Notes: a model not told the origin generated them from the letters alone. DNA of 63,581 nucleotides, filler included, from 9 parts of 9 records of this genome joined end to end with filler, not necessarily neighbours in it, one strand, 5' to 3'. Shown: positions 11,846 through 22,001, counted from the whole stretch's first letter. Numbers and translations: made by a program.

Positions 11846-11869
11846 TGCTAGTTGGCCCAGTTCAGGGAT

Positions 11870-11877
11870 CAAACTTA
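11870..11877 (-). promoter_or_regulatory. Bacteroidetes -7 element for lptD-like gene
   Basis: TAAGTTTG on the minus strand, 44 nt upstream of the TTG start. Confidence 0.5.
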
Positions 11878-11953
11878 CATATATTTTTTGTTCTACTAAT
11901 TGGGGATTACAATATTTTTAACCATTACTGGACACTATAATTACTCAAATCTT

Positions 11954-13174
11954 ATGAATAAAAGTCGGTTGGCATTTTTAGTTGTTATACTTCTGGCCCT
12001 TCCTTTGACCTCATTCAACAAAAATGATACCGAGGTTCAATCGAAGGATAAATTTGTTGTTGTTTTGGATGCAGGGCATGGTGGACATGACCCCGGAAAC
12101 ATTGGAAATGGTTATTTGGAGAAAAAAATTGCCCTGGCCATTGTACTCAATGTAGGAAAACAGCTGGAAAAGCATCAAGATATTAAGGTGGTCTACACAC
12201 GTGATGATGACACATTTGTGGATCTGTTCGAGCGAGGGGAGATTGCCAACAAGGCCAATGCGGATTTATTTGTATCCGTACATTGCAATGCCCATAGTTC
12301 TGATGCTTATGGTACCGAGACCTATGTATTGGGGTTGCATGCCAACCGTCAAAACTTTGAGGTGGCCAAGAAAGAGAACTCTGTAATCTATTTGGAGGAT
12401 AATTATGAACAACGGTATGCCGAGTACGACATTAATTCCCCTGAATCGGTAATTGGTCTTACCATTATGCAGGAAGAGTTTTTGGACCAGAGCATACAAT
12501 TGGGCAAAAAACTTCAGGACAATTTTACAAAACAGTTAAAGCGTAAGGATCGAAAAGTCAAGCAAGCGGGATTCATTGTACTGCACCAGACCTTTATGCC
12601 AAGTGTCTTGGTCGAGGCCGGATTTTTGACCAATAAGAGTGAAGGAAGCTATCTTAATTCAAAAAGCGGTCAGGAAGAAATGGGAAATGCCATTGCTAAA
12701 GCGGTTTTGGCATATAAAGAAGAAATGGGCCTTACTACTTCAATTTCCGTTCCTGAGGCACAAAAGATTGAAGACGTTGAAGTTGTTGACAATGTCAAAG
12801 AAGAAACGCCTAAAGAAATAATCAAAGAAACAACAGTTGAAAAGGAACTGGTAAAACAAGAAATCAATACTGCCGCTTCATCCGAATCGGAAAAAGAAAT
12901 TGTTGTTGAATCCAAGGATACAGATGTAGTTTTTAAAGTACAGCTAATGGCAAGTGGAAAAACGATACCTTTAAGACCGGATAATTTTAACGGGCTGGAT
13001 CAATTGTCCAAAGAGCCATATAAGAACATGTTTAGATATATGTATGGTAATGCCAGCAATTATGAGGCGGCTAAGCGGTTGAAAAATGATGCGGATGCAA
13101 AGGGTTATACCACATCCTATATAGTTGCATACAAAAATGGGGTAAGGGTTCCGATAACGGACGCGTTGAAGTAG
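11954..13174 (+). CDS. N-acetylmuramoyl-L-alanine amidase (Amidase_3) with SPOR-like C-terminal domain
   Basis: LDAGHGGHD, E-K, SVHCN, PSVLVEAGF zinc motifs; signal peptide from ATG 11954; acidic linker then FKVQL...YRYMYG-like domain. Confidence 0.92.
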   Translation: MNKSRLAFLVVILLALPLTSFNKNDTEVQSKDKFVVVLDAGHGGHDPGNIGNGYLEKKIALAIVLNVGKQLEKHQDIKVVYTRDDDTFVDLFERGEIANKANADLFVSVHCNAHSSDAYGTETYVLGLHANRQNFEVAKKENSVIYLEDNYEQRYAEYDINSPESVIGLTIMQEEFLDQSIQLGKKLQDNFTKQLKRKDRKVKQAGFIVLHQTFMPSVLVEAGFLTNKSEGSYLNSKSGQEEMGNAIAKAVLAYKEEMGLTTSISVPEAQKIEDVEVVDNVKEETPKEIIKETTVEKELVKQEINTAASSESEKEIVVESKDTDVVFKVQLMASGKTIPLRPDNFNGLDQLSKEPYKNMFRYMYGNASNYEAAKRLKNDADAKGYTTSYIVAYKNGVRVPITDALK

Positions 13175-13239
13175 CAATGCTTCAAATGCCCTCTTGTGAA
13201 AATTATTCCTAATTTTGTTTAAAACATAAACCGAATCTT

Positions 13240-14226
13240 TTGAAACTATCCAGGGAAATAAAAACTGGGATCATTGTAGTCGCTGGAATAGTGGCCTTGA
13301 TCTTTGGACTTAGCTACTTAAAATCCTCCGCTCTTTTTGAAAAAAGTAAAACTTTTTACGCCGTTTATGATGATGTAGGAGGTTTGCAACCAGGAACAAA
13401 GGTGACGATCAACGGTTTTGATGTCGGTAATGTTACCGATATCAGGTTCAGGGATGGGTCCGGGAAATTATTGGTGACCTTGACCGTTACCAACGAATTT
13501 GAGTTCTCCAGTAATAGTATCGCAGAATTGTTTGATACGGGTATTATTGGTGGTAAGGGAGTGCAAATTGTACCAGTATTGGATAATGCGCCACCGGCAA
13601 AATCGGGAGATACGCTACAATCCAAAATAAAACCAGGGCTTACCGAATTAGTACAGCAGAAATTGACGCCCTTGCAGATGAAGGTGGAGGGAGCGGTCTC
13701 CAATGCAGATTCATTGTTGATGAACGTAAACCAAATATTGGACGACCCGACCAAAAAGCAGCTGCAGGAAACCATCACTTCATTGAACCAGTTGGTAAAA
13801 TCTTTTAAGACAAGTGCCGATAATTTGAACGTTCTGTTGGATAACAACAAAATGCAATTGGACAGCTCTCTAAAAAATGTAAGTCATATTACCTCCAATT
13901 TTTCAAAACTTTCCGATTCGCTTGTAAATTCTGATTTGGGAGGAACATTGACCGAGTTCAAAACTACCGTCAACAAGTTGAACGCCATCTTGGCCAAAAT
14001 AGAAAGAGGCGAAGGGTCTCTGGGCAAACTGCACCAAGACGATGCCCTTTACGACAATCTGGCCGAGGCATCCAAGGAGTTGGACCTTTTGCTACAGGAT
14101 TTTAGGCTTAACCCCAAACGCTACGTAAATGTTTCGGTGTTTGGCAAAAAGCAAAAAGAATATACCCTGCCGGAGGACGATCCGGCCGAGCAGCTTGATT
14201 CCATACAACAAAAAGAAAATCAATAA
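13240..14226 (+). CDS. mlaD: MlaD/MCE family protein
   Basis: N-terminal TM helix, GGLQPGTKVTINGFDVG MCE motif, coiled-coil, GSLGKL...NPKRYV. Confidence 0.88.
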   Translation: MKLSREIKTGIIVVAGIVALIFGLSYLKSSALFEKSKTFYAVYDDVGGLQPGTKVTINGFDVGNVTDIRFRDGSGKLLVTLTVTNEFEFSSNSIAELFDTGIIGGKGVQIVPVLDNAPPAKSGDTLQSKIKPGLTELVQQKLTPLQMKVEGAVSNADSLLMNVNQILDDPTKKQLQETITSLNQLVKSFKTSADNLNVLLDNNKMQLDSSLKNVSHITSNFSKLSDSLVNSDLGGTLTEFKTTVNKLNAILAKIERGEGSLGKLHQDDALYDNLAEASKELDLLLQDFRLNPKRYVNVSVFGKKQKEYTLPEDDPAEQLDSIQQKENQ

Positions 14227-15552
14227 ATGGAGTATTTGCCCAATATCATATTTGCCGTGGCCCTTATTTTGGGTATTGGTTTTTTTGCCCGGAACGTAAA
14301 AAAGTTGTCCCGTAACATCAAACTAGGTAAAGATGTTGATGTAAGCGACAACAAATCAAAACGTTGGAAGAACATGGCAAGAATAGCCTTGGGCCAAACA
14401 AAAATGGTGGTACGTCCAATAGCGGGCATTATGCATGTGATCGTTTATGTGGGCTTTATCATCATCAATATCGAAGTACTGGAAATTATCCTCGATGGGC
14501 TTTTTGGAACCCACAGGTTATTTTCTCCCCTAGGTTCTATTTATGACTTTTTGATAGGCTCTTTTGAGGTATTGGCGCTTCTGGTCATTGTGGCCGTGGT
14601 GGTTTTTTGGATACGAAGGAACATCATCAGGATACAGCGTTTTATAAAACCTGAGATGAAAGGGTGGCCCAAAACAGATGGAAATATGATTCTGTACATT
14701 GAGTTTGTACTGATGATTTTGTTTCTCACCATGAACGCAGCCGATTTTCAGTTGCAGCAACTGGGTGCCGAGCATTATCACGAAGCAGGAGCATTTCCAG
14801 TAAGTCAATTTATTGTTCCAATTTTGGATGGGCTTTCCGAATCTTCCTTGATCTTGGTTGAAAGAACAGCATGGTGGTTACATATTTTAGGCATTTTGGC
14901 CTTTTTGAACTACCTGTATTACTCCAAACATTTACATATCCTTTTGGCATTTCCTAACACTTATTATGGTAAAGTGAAGCCACAAGGGCAGTTCAATAAT
15001 CTGGAATCGGTCACCAAGGAGGTCAAATTGATGATGGACCCTGATGCAGACCCTTATGCTGCTCCGGCCGAACAAGATACCGGCGAGCCGGAAAAATTTG
15101 GGGCATCCGATGTCATGGACCTAAACTGGGTGCAATTGCTCAATGCGTATACCTGTACCGAGTGTGGGCGATGTACATCAGAATGTCCGGCCAATCAAAC
15201 AGGTAAAAAACTATCACCCCGAAAAATAATGATGGATACCCGTGACCGGTTGGAGGAGGTGGGTAAAATCATGGATGCCAATAAAGGAGAGTTTGTTTCC
15301 GATGGCAAACAATTATTGAACGATTATATTACCCCGGAGGAACTATGGGCATGTACAACGTGTAATGCGTGCGTGCAGGCTTGTCCCGTGAGCATAGATC
15401 CATTGTCCATTATCGTGGAAATGCGTAGGTATTTGGTGATGGAACAGTCTGCGGCGCCTACCGAGTTGAACAATATGATGTCCAATATCGAAAACAACGG
15501 GGCCCCTTGGCCGTACAACCAAATGGACCGTCTAAACTGGGTAAACGAATAA
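14227..15552 (+). CDS. Membrane-bound Fe-S oxidoreductase (FadF/HdrD-like N-terminal half)
   Basis: Several TM helices with His residues (WWLH, SKHLHI); two ferredoxin motifs CTECGRCTSECP and CTTCNACVQACP. Confidence 0.88.
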   Translation: MEYLPNIIFAVALILGIGFFARNVKKLSRNIKLGKDVDVSDNKSKRWKNMARIALGQTKMVVRPIAGIMHVIVYVGFIIINIEVLEIILDGLFGTHRLFSPLGSIYDFLIGSFEVLALLVIVAVVVFWIRRNIIRIQRFIKPEMKGWPKTDGNMILYIEFVLMILFLTMNAADFQLQQLGAEHYHEAGAFPVSQFIVPILDGLSESSLILVERTAWWLHILGILAFLNYLYYSKHLHILLAFPNTYYGKVKPQGQFNNLESVTKEVKLMMDPDADPYAAPAEQDTGEPEKFGASDVMDLNWVQLLNAYTCTECGRCTSECPANQTGKKLSPRKIMMDTRDRLEEVGKIMDANKGEFVSDGKQLLNDYITPEELWACTTCNACVQACPVSIDPLSIIVEMRRYLVMEQSAAPTELNNMMSNIENNGAPWPYNQMDRLNWVNE

Positions 15553-15562
15553 ATCTAAAACT

Positions 15563-16354
15563 ATGAGCGAACAATTGAAGGTCAAGACCATGCAGGAGTT
15601 TATGGCAGAAGGAAAACAGCCAGAGATATTGTTCTGGGTCGGTTCTGCCGGTAGTTTTGATGATCGTGCCAAGAAGATATCAAGAGCTTTTGTAAAGTTG
15701 CTGAACAAGGCCAATGTTGATTTTGCGGTCTTGGGAACAGAAGAAAGTTCAACGGGCGATGTGGCCAAACGGGCAGGGAACGAGTTTTTGTTTCAGATGC
15801 AGGCCATGATGAATATCGAGTTGTTGAATGGCTATGAAATTAAGCGAATTGTAACCTGTGACCCACATTCTTTCAATACGTTAAAAAACGAGTATCCAAG
15901 TTTGGGAGGGAACTATGATGTACTGCACCATACACAATACCTTAAAGAACTTATCGACAACGGTCGTTTGACCATTACCGGTGACGGATACAAAGGAAAA
16001 CGTATCACGTTTCATGACCCATGTTATTTGGGCAGGGCCAATTCCGTTTTTGATGCTCCAAGGGAACTTCTTGCCAAAACCAATGCAGAATTGGTAGAAA
16101 TGAAGCGCCATAAAAAAGCGGCACTGTGCTGTGGGGCTGGTGGTGCACAAATGTTCAAAGAGCCCGAAAAGGGAGATATGGACGTCAACGTGCTGCGTAC
16201 AAAAGGCGCTTTGGAGACCAATCCTAATATTATAGCCACAGGATGCCCATATTGCAATACCATGATGACAGATGGTATCAAGGCATACGAAAAAGAGGAT
16301 AGTGTTACAGTCTTGGATGTGGCCGAAGTGTTGGCGAATTCCCAGGGATTGTAA
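15563..16354 (+). CDS. CCG-domain (cysteine-rich) Fe-S protein
   Basis: HDPCYLGR, LCCGAGG, GCPYC in the second domain; first domain has Ser at the Cys positions. Confidence 0.88.
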   Translation: MSEQLKVKTMQEFMAEGKQPEILFWVGSAGSFDDRAKKISRAFVKLLNKANVDFAVLGTEESSTGDVAKRAGNEFLFQMQAMMNIELLNGYEIKRIVTCDPHSFNTLKNEYPSLGGNYDVLHHTQYLKELIDNGRLTITGDGYKGKRITFHDPCYLGRANSVFDAPRELLAKTNAELVEMKRHKKAALCCGAGGAQMFKEPEKGDMDVNVLRTKGALETNPNIIATGCPYCNTMMTDGIKAYEKEDSVTVLDVAEVLANSQGL

Positions 16355-16406
16355 AAGAAGTTTATAATTCAAGTCGAGCATTGTCGAGACCTTATTGAAA
16401 AAATAT

Positions 16407-16889
16407 ATGCTAGCAGATTTTAAAGAATTGCCGGACCACTCCAGAGTTTGGATTTACCAAGCCAACAGGAGCTTTACGGAGGAAGAACAGAAAGAACTGG
16501 AGGAAAGCCTGACCGCTTTTTTAAAGGAATGGACGGCCCATGGAAGTGACCTGCATGCAGGTTTTGAGATAAAATACAAACGGTTTATCGTCATTGGATT
16601 GGACCAGACCAATGTCAGTGCTTCGGGATGTTCCATTGACGCCTCTGTGCACTTTATCCAAAGTTTGGAGCAAAAATATAATGTGGAACTACTGGATAGA
16701 ATGAACGTTTCTTTTAAACAAGGGGAGTTTATAACCTATAAGCCATTGATTGATTTTAAGAAACTGGCCAAGGCCAAATCAGTTTCCCCAAGTACCATCG
16801 TATTCAACAACTTGGTCGCTACCAAACAGGAATACTTGGAAAACTGGGAGGTTCCCGCTAGCGAAAGTTGGCACTCCAGATTTGTATAG
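16407..16889 (+). CDS. Conserved Bacteroidetes protein with SGCSID motif, function unknown
   Basis: SRVWIYQ, WTAHG, ASGCSIDAS, VFNNLV, W...A..SWH motifs; no Walker A/B. Confidence 0.75.
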   Translation: MLADFKELPDHSRVWIYQANRSFTEEEQKELEESLTAFLKEWTAHGSDLHAGFEIKYKRFIVIGLDQTNVSASGCSIDASVHFIQSLEQKYNVELLDRMNVSFKQGEFITYKPLIDFKKLAKAKSVSPSTIVFNNLVATKQEYLENWEVPASESWHSRFV

Positions 16890-16981
16890 CAAAACCCTTA
16901 ATTTATCTTAATTTCCATACTTTCCTCGACGAAATGCAATATTTTTATTGGCATTAAGTTGTGGTTCAAGACAAGATATTT

Positions 16982-19894
16982 ATGCGGAAAATACTCCAAT
17001 TCCCCTTTTTCCTACTCGTATGCATTCAAACCTTTGGACAGTCAAATCCCTTGATTGTCAAAGACTCGGTGGCTCAAATGGCATGGGTCGAAAATCAATA
17101 CGCGAACATGTCCCTACAGGAAAAAGTAGGACAGTTGTTCATGGTAAGCGTTGCATCGAACCAAAGCAAAGCTGCGACCGATAAGGTCAAGAACATTGTT
17201 GAGGAACAAGGTATAGGAGGCGTCATCTTTTTGGTTGGCGGACCGGAACAACAAGCTAAATTGACCAACGAATACCAATCCGTTTCCAAAGTACCGTTGC
17301 TCATCGGTTCCGATGCAGAGTGGGGACTGGCCATGCGTTTGGACTCTACTTATGCATTTCCGTGGAACATGACCTTGGGAGCCATTCGGGATAGTACCAT
17401 CGTAGAAAAGATAGGTTATCAAATTGGAAAACATGCCAAGCGTTTGGGCGTCCACATTAATTTTGCGCCGGACTTGGATGTGAACAACAACCCGCAGAAC
17501 CCTATTATCGGAAATCGCTCGTTTGGGGAAGATCCTAAAAATGTGGCCCAAAAAGGACGTGCTTTTGTTCGTGGAATGGAAAAGGCTGGCGTGCTTTCAA
17601 GTGGCAAGCACTTTCCAGGCCATGGAGATACCGCCACGGATTCCCATAAATCCTTACCTATCATCACCTCTTCCGTGGAACGGTTGGATTCCATAGAACT
17701 TTATCCCTTCAAAAAAACAATGGAGGCCGGACTAAGCTCTACCATGGTCGCACATTTGGATGTTCCCAGCTTGGAGAGCAGGGAGGGCCACCCATCCACG
17801 CTTTCCAAGAGTATTGTTACCGGAGTATTGAAAAACCAATTGGGTTTTGAAGGTTTGGTTATCACCGATGCTTTGAATATGAAGGCGGTATCCGAATTTG
17901 CTCCAGAGGGCAAAGTGGAACTGGAAGCTTTTTTGGCAGGTAACGATTTGCTATTGATGCCCGAGAATGTCCTTAAGGCAAAAGAAACTTTCATCCAGGC
18001 ATATGGTGAGGGATTGATTACGGAGGAACGGTTGGCAGAATCCGTCAAAAAGATATTAATGGCCAAATACAAAGCTGGTCTGTACAATTATCAACCCGTA
18101 AAGTTGGAGAATTTGTATGAAGATTTGAATGGAGTTGAGAACGATGTAATCTATGAACAGGCCATTGAAGCGGCCATAACGGTAGCGAAAAACAATTTTT
18201 CCTTGATGCCCATCAAAAAATTGGACAACAAGAAAATTGCATACGTACATTTTGGCGATGATTCCGGGAGCACTTTCCATGAATCACTTAACAAATACTA
18301 TAAGGTAACCCACATCAAAGCCAAGGATATTGCACAATATAAAAAAGAGCTCGCCAATTACAACTTGGTCATTATCGGTTTTCATAAAGACAATTCAAGT
18401 CCTTGGAAAGGATATAAATTTTCCAAGAACGAACTTTTTTGGATGGAGGAAATCTCCCGCTTGCGAACCAGTAATACTATCTTGGCCCTTTTTGCAAGAC
18501 CCTATGCTTTGTTGGACGTTCTCAACTTTGATACCATGGATGGCGTAGTGGTAGGGTATCAGAACAGTAAGATAGCTCAAGAAAAGGTGGCAGAAGTGAT
18601 ATTTGGTGCTATAGGAGCTACGGGAAAACTTCCAGTCTCGGCCCATGATGAGTTCCCCGTAGGAACAGGAGTTGCTGTGGAACCCATTCAACGTTTGGGC
18701 TACAGTATTCCGGAAAGGGTCGGTATGAGTTCGGAATTATTGGCCGAGGTGGACACATTGGTACAGCAGGGATTGGATTCCTTAATGTTTCCGGGTGCGC
18801 AGGTATTGATTGCCAGAAAAGGAAAGGTTATTTACAACAAGAATTTTGGTCACCCTACGTATGATTCTGAAGAAAAAATATCTGAAGAATCCATTTACGA
18901 CCTAGCTTCACTGACAAAGATACTTTCTACTTTGCCAATGATCATGAAAATGGAAGAGGAAGGAAAAATAGCTTTGAACGATACTTTTAAAGACCTAATT
19001 CCAGCGTATGCAGATACCGAGCTCAAAGATGTTTCAGTGCTCAAGGCTCTGTCGCATTATGGGCGCCTACCTTCCTGGATTGCTTTTTATTTGGATACGT
19101 TGGACAAGGACAGGAAACCATCATCAGAGTTTTATAGCCCTAATCCATCCGAAGCATTTCCTTATAAAGTAGCTGAGCATTTATACCTCACAAGGTCATA
19201 CAAAGATTCCATTTACAACAGAATTGGTCGGCAAAGCCTAAAATCGAATCGGTACAGGTATAGCGATGTAGGTTACTACGTTTTTAAGGAATATATCGAA
19301 AAAACATATAGTAGGCCCATAGATGAACTGGTCAATGAATTTCTGTATATCCCCATGGGACTGCAGCGAACAACGTTTAATCCGCTCAAAAAATTTTCCA
19401 AAGAAGAGATAGTTCCATCGGAAGAGGACGACTATTACAGGTATCAAACCGTGCAGGGTTATGTACATGATATGGGTGCGGCCATGCAGGGCGGAGTAGG
19501 TGGCCATGCAGGTCTTTTTAGTACAGCCAATGAGGTAGCCAAGATTATGCAGATGTATTTACAGGGAGGTTATTATGGTGGGGAACAGTTTTTTAATGCA
19601 CGAACGGTAAAGCGTTTCAATACCTGCTATTTCTGTAATAAGAACGTACGGAGAGGTGTCGGTTTTGATAAGCCACAGTTGAATGAAAGTGGGCCAACTT
19701 GTGGATGTGTCTCCCAAAAGAGTTTTGGACACAGTGGGTTTACTGGAACCTATACATGGGCAGACCCTGATGAGAAAATTGTTTATGTGTTTTTGTCCAA
19801 TAGGACCTATCCCTCGGCAACAAACACCTTGCTCATAAAATCCGGGCTGAGGACCCGTATACAACAGGCCATTTATGATTCCATTATTAATTAG
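16982..19894 (+). CDS. GH3 beta-N-acetylglucosaminidase fused to a beta-lactamase-fold serine hydrolase
   Basis: KHFPGHGDTATDSH NagZ motif, ITDAL nucleophile; C-terminal DLASLTK (SxxK), YSD, GHSGFTG. Confidence 0.92.
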   Translation: MRKILQFPFFLLVCIQTFGQSNPLIVKDSVAQMAWVENQYANMSLQEKVGQLFMVSVASNQSKAATDKVKNIVEEQGIGGVIFLVGGPEQQAKLTNEYQSVSKVPLLIGSDAEWGLAMRLDSTYAFPWNMTLGAIRDSTIVEKIGYQIGKHAKRLGVHINFAPDLDVNNNPQNPIIGNRSFGEDPKNVAQKGRAFVRGMEKAGVLSSGKHFPGHGDTATDSHKSLPIITSSVERLDSIELYPFKKTMEAGLSSTMVAHLDVPSLESREGHPSTLSKSIVTGVLKNQLGFEGLVITDALNMKAVSEFAPEGKVELEAFLAGNDLLLMPENVLKAKETFIQAYGEGLITEERLAESVKKILMAKYKAGLYNYQPVKLENLYEDLNGVENDVIYEQAIEAAITVAKNNFSLMPIKKLDNKKIAYVHFGDDSGSTFHESLNKYYKVTHIKAKDIAQYKKELANYNLVIIGFHKDNSSPWKGYKFSKNELFWMEEISRLRTSNTILALFARPYALLDVLNFDTMDGVVVGYQNSKIAQEKVAEVIFGAIGATGKLPVSAHDEFPVGTGVAVEPIQRLGYSIPERVGMSSELLAEVDTLVQQGLDSLMFPGAQVLIARKGKVIYNKNFGHPTYDSEEKISEESIYDLASLTKILSTLPMIMKMEEEGKIALNDTFKDLIPAYADTELKDVSVLKALSHYGRLPSWIAFYLDTLDKDRKPSSEFYSPNPSEAFPYKVAEHLYLTRSYKDSIYNRIGRQSLKSNRYRYSDVGYYVFKEYIEKTYSRPIDELVNEFLYIPMGLQRTTFNPLKKFSKEEIVPSEEDDYYRYQTVQGYVHDMGAAMQGGVGGHAGLFSTANEVAKIMQMYLQGGYYGGEQFFNARTVKRFNTCYFCNKNVRRGVGFDKPQLNESGPTCGCVSQKSFGHSGFTGTYTWADPDEKIVYVFLSNRTYPSATNTLLIKSGLRTRIQQAIYDSIIN

Positions 19895-19923
19895 GTATAA
19901 AATATTGCCGTAGATTTGTTCTT

Positions 19924-21066
19924 ATGAAAATAGCGATTGTGTGTTACCCGACCTTTGGCGGTAGTGGCGTTGTTGCCACGGAATTGGGTATTGCCCTTGC
20001 AGAACGGGGGCACGAAGTACACTTTATCACGTACCGTCAGCCTGTTCGATTGGAACTTTTGGGAAACAATATCCATTTTCATGAGGTGCATGTGCCGGAA
20101 TATCCGTTGTTCCATTACCAACCCTATGAGCTGGCCCTGTCAAGTAAGTTGGTGGACACCATCAAACTATATGATATTGAACTGTTGCACGTGCACTATG
20201 CCATTCCACATGCCTATGCTGGATATATGGCAAAAAAAATGCTTCAGGAATATGGGATTTTTATCCCTATGATCACAACGCTTCATGGAACGGACATTAC
20301 CTTGGTGGGCAAGCACCCTTTTTACAAACCAGCGGTAACGTTCAGTATAAACAAATCCGATGTGGTGACCTCTGTTTCCGAAGCCCTTAAAAGTGAGACT
20401 TTAAAACTTTTTGATTTAGAGAAGGAAATCGAGGTGATTCCTAATTTTATAGAAACAACAAAGTACAAAAAGACCTACACAGATTGCCAACGTAGTATGA
20501 TGGCGAAGGAAAATGAACGCATCATAACACACATAAGTAATTTTAGAAAGGTAAAGCGTATTCCGGACGTCATCAAAATATTCCATCGCATCCAAAAGGA
20601 AATGCCAGCTAAACTTATCATGGTGGGTGAAGGCCCGGAAAAGGAAAAAGCAGAAGATTTGTGTGATTCATTGGGGATTAAGGATAAGGTCCTGTTTTTA
20701 GGTAACAGCAATGAGATTGACCGTATTCTTTGCTTTTCCGATTTGTTTCTGTTGCCCTCGGAAACTGAAAGTTTTGGTTTGGCGGCATTGGAGGCCATGA
20801 TCAATAAGGTAGCGATAGTTTCCAGCAATACGGGAGGTATACCAGAAGTTAACATCGATGGTGTATCTGGTTATCTGGCGGATGTTGGCGATGTAGAGAC
20901 CATGGCAACAAAGGCCATTGAGATTTTGAAGGACGATGAAACCCTCGAAAGGTTCAAGGAAAACGCTTTCAATGTAGCTTCTAAATTCGACATTGTACAC
21001 ATTCTTCCCTTATATGAAGACCTTTATGAAAAGGCATTTAAATCACGTTTTAAAAACACATTTTAA
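19924..21066 (+). CDS. bshA: N-acetyl-alpha-D-glucosaminyl L-malate synthase (GT4, bacillithiol biosynthesis)
   Basis: CYPTFGGSGVVATELG, HVHYAIPHA, TTLHGTDIT, HISNFRKVKR, ESFGLAALEAM. Confidence 0.93.
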   Translation: MKIAIVCYPTFGGSGVVATELGIALAERGHEVHFITYRQPVRLELLGNNIHFHEVHVPEYPLFHYQPYELALSSKLVDTIKLYDIELLHVHYAIPHAYAGYMAKKMLQEYGIFIPMITTLHGTDITLVGKHPFYKPAVTFSINKSDVVTSVSEALKSETLKLFDLEKEIEVIPNFIETTKYKKTYTDCQRSMMAKENERIITHISNFRKVKRIPDVIKIFHRIQKEMPAKLIMVGEGPEKEKAEDLCDSLGIKDKVLFLGNSNEIDRILCFSDLFLLPSETESFGLAALEAMINKVAIVSSNTGGIPEVNIDGVSGYLADVGDVETMATKAIEILKDDETLERFKENAFNVASKFDIVHILPLYEDLYEKAFKSRFKNTF

Positions 21067-21526
21067 TATCAAATACTTTTTTCTCATAGCGTCGATTTGC
21101 TTACTTTCCTGCAAGGCTCAAAAGCCTGAAAGCTCCACCGTTGGCGAGCATATTGATGGTTTGACATTGATCGAGCATCAAAACTTTACCAATATTGATT
21201 CTTTTGGAACCCGTGTAATCAGGGATACGAAAACATTGGGCAAATTTTATAAGCAAATCAACAAAACACGTAAACCTCGATTGTCGGTGCCGATGGTCGA
21301 CTTTTCCAAGGAAATGTTGATTTTGGTTTGTTTAGGTGAGCAACACGGGGAAAAAACAACGGTTTTATCCAAATTAAAGGAAACGGACCAAGAAATGTTG
21401 ATAGCTATAGAGGTGCATAACGTTTCCGAAGAAGAAATGTCTATACAACCCATATACTTCCCATTTTATCTCTACAAAATGCCATTGGTCGATAAAACCG
21501 TGGTTTTCCAAAAGATTGAGGAATAG
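21026..21526 (+). CDS. Lipoprotein, PrcB C-terminal-like domain
   Basis: Lipobox LLSC; PMVDFSKEMLILVCLGE pattern; start uncertain (overlaps bshA end). Confidence 0.55.
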   Translation: MKRHLNHVLKTHFNIKYFFLIASICLLSCKAQKPESSTVGEHIDGLTLIEHQNFTNIDSFGTRVIRDTKTLGKFYKQINKTRKPRLSVPMVDFSKEMLILVCLGEQHGEKTTVLSKLKETDQEMLIAIEVHNVSEEEMSIQPIYFPFYLYKMPLVDKTVVFQKIEE

Positions 21527-21640
21527 TCTTTTCAAAATTATTCCTACTTCTTATCGATAAATAACGCACTTGAAAGGGCAAAGTTCCCAGATTGGAACGC
21601 TTGGCATAGCTTTGAAAGCATAAACCTCAAATCATTAAGA

Positions 21641-22001
21641 ATGCACATTCTACGTCCTACCATTATAGTGATGGCATTGGCTTGTTTTACTCTTGGAGTT
21701 GCTCAAGATATGGAACTCACAAAAAAGGACAGTATTGTTCAGAGTTATTGGATGGTTTCGCTTGGAACCAATGCCGTTGATGACTCCGGAGACGAATTCC
21801 GTGAACTTTTTGATGTTCGCTCTGGTTGGAATATTGCTCCTTATCCATCGAGGGTTAGTATAGGGCGTTATTTCAAGAATGGTGTTGGGTTGGAGGCTAT
21901 TGGATCTCATAACCGATACAAAGAAGGTAAAGTTGTTGACGAACTCACCTTAACGGATGATATAGATTATTGGGGCTTTGACTTTAGGGTAAGCTATGAC
22001 C
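21641..22001 (+). CDS. Secreted/outer-membrane beta-barrel-like protein, N-terminal part (truncated)
   Basis: Signal peptide; WMVSLGTNAVDDSG, WNIAPYPSRVSIGRY alternating beta pattern. Confidence 0.55.

Noticed and set aside
16407-16889. ABC ATPase label often attached to this family
   Set aside because: No Walker A, Walker B or signature motif in the sequence.
18700-19894. Beta-lactam resistance gene
   Set aside because: The SxxK domain is fused to a GH3 NagZ and fits cell-wall recycling; nothing supports beta-lactamase activity.
21551-21560. Palindrome TTATCGATAA in an intergenic region
   Set aside because: Short, AT-rich and without a supporting second copy on the contig; could arise by chance.
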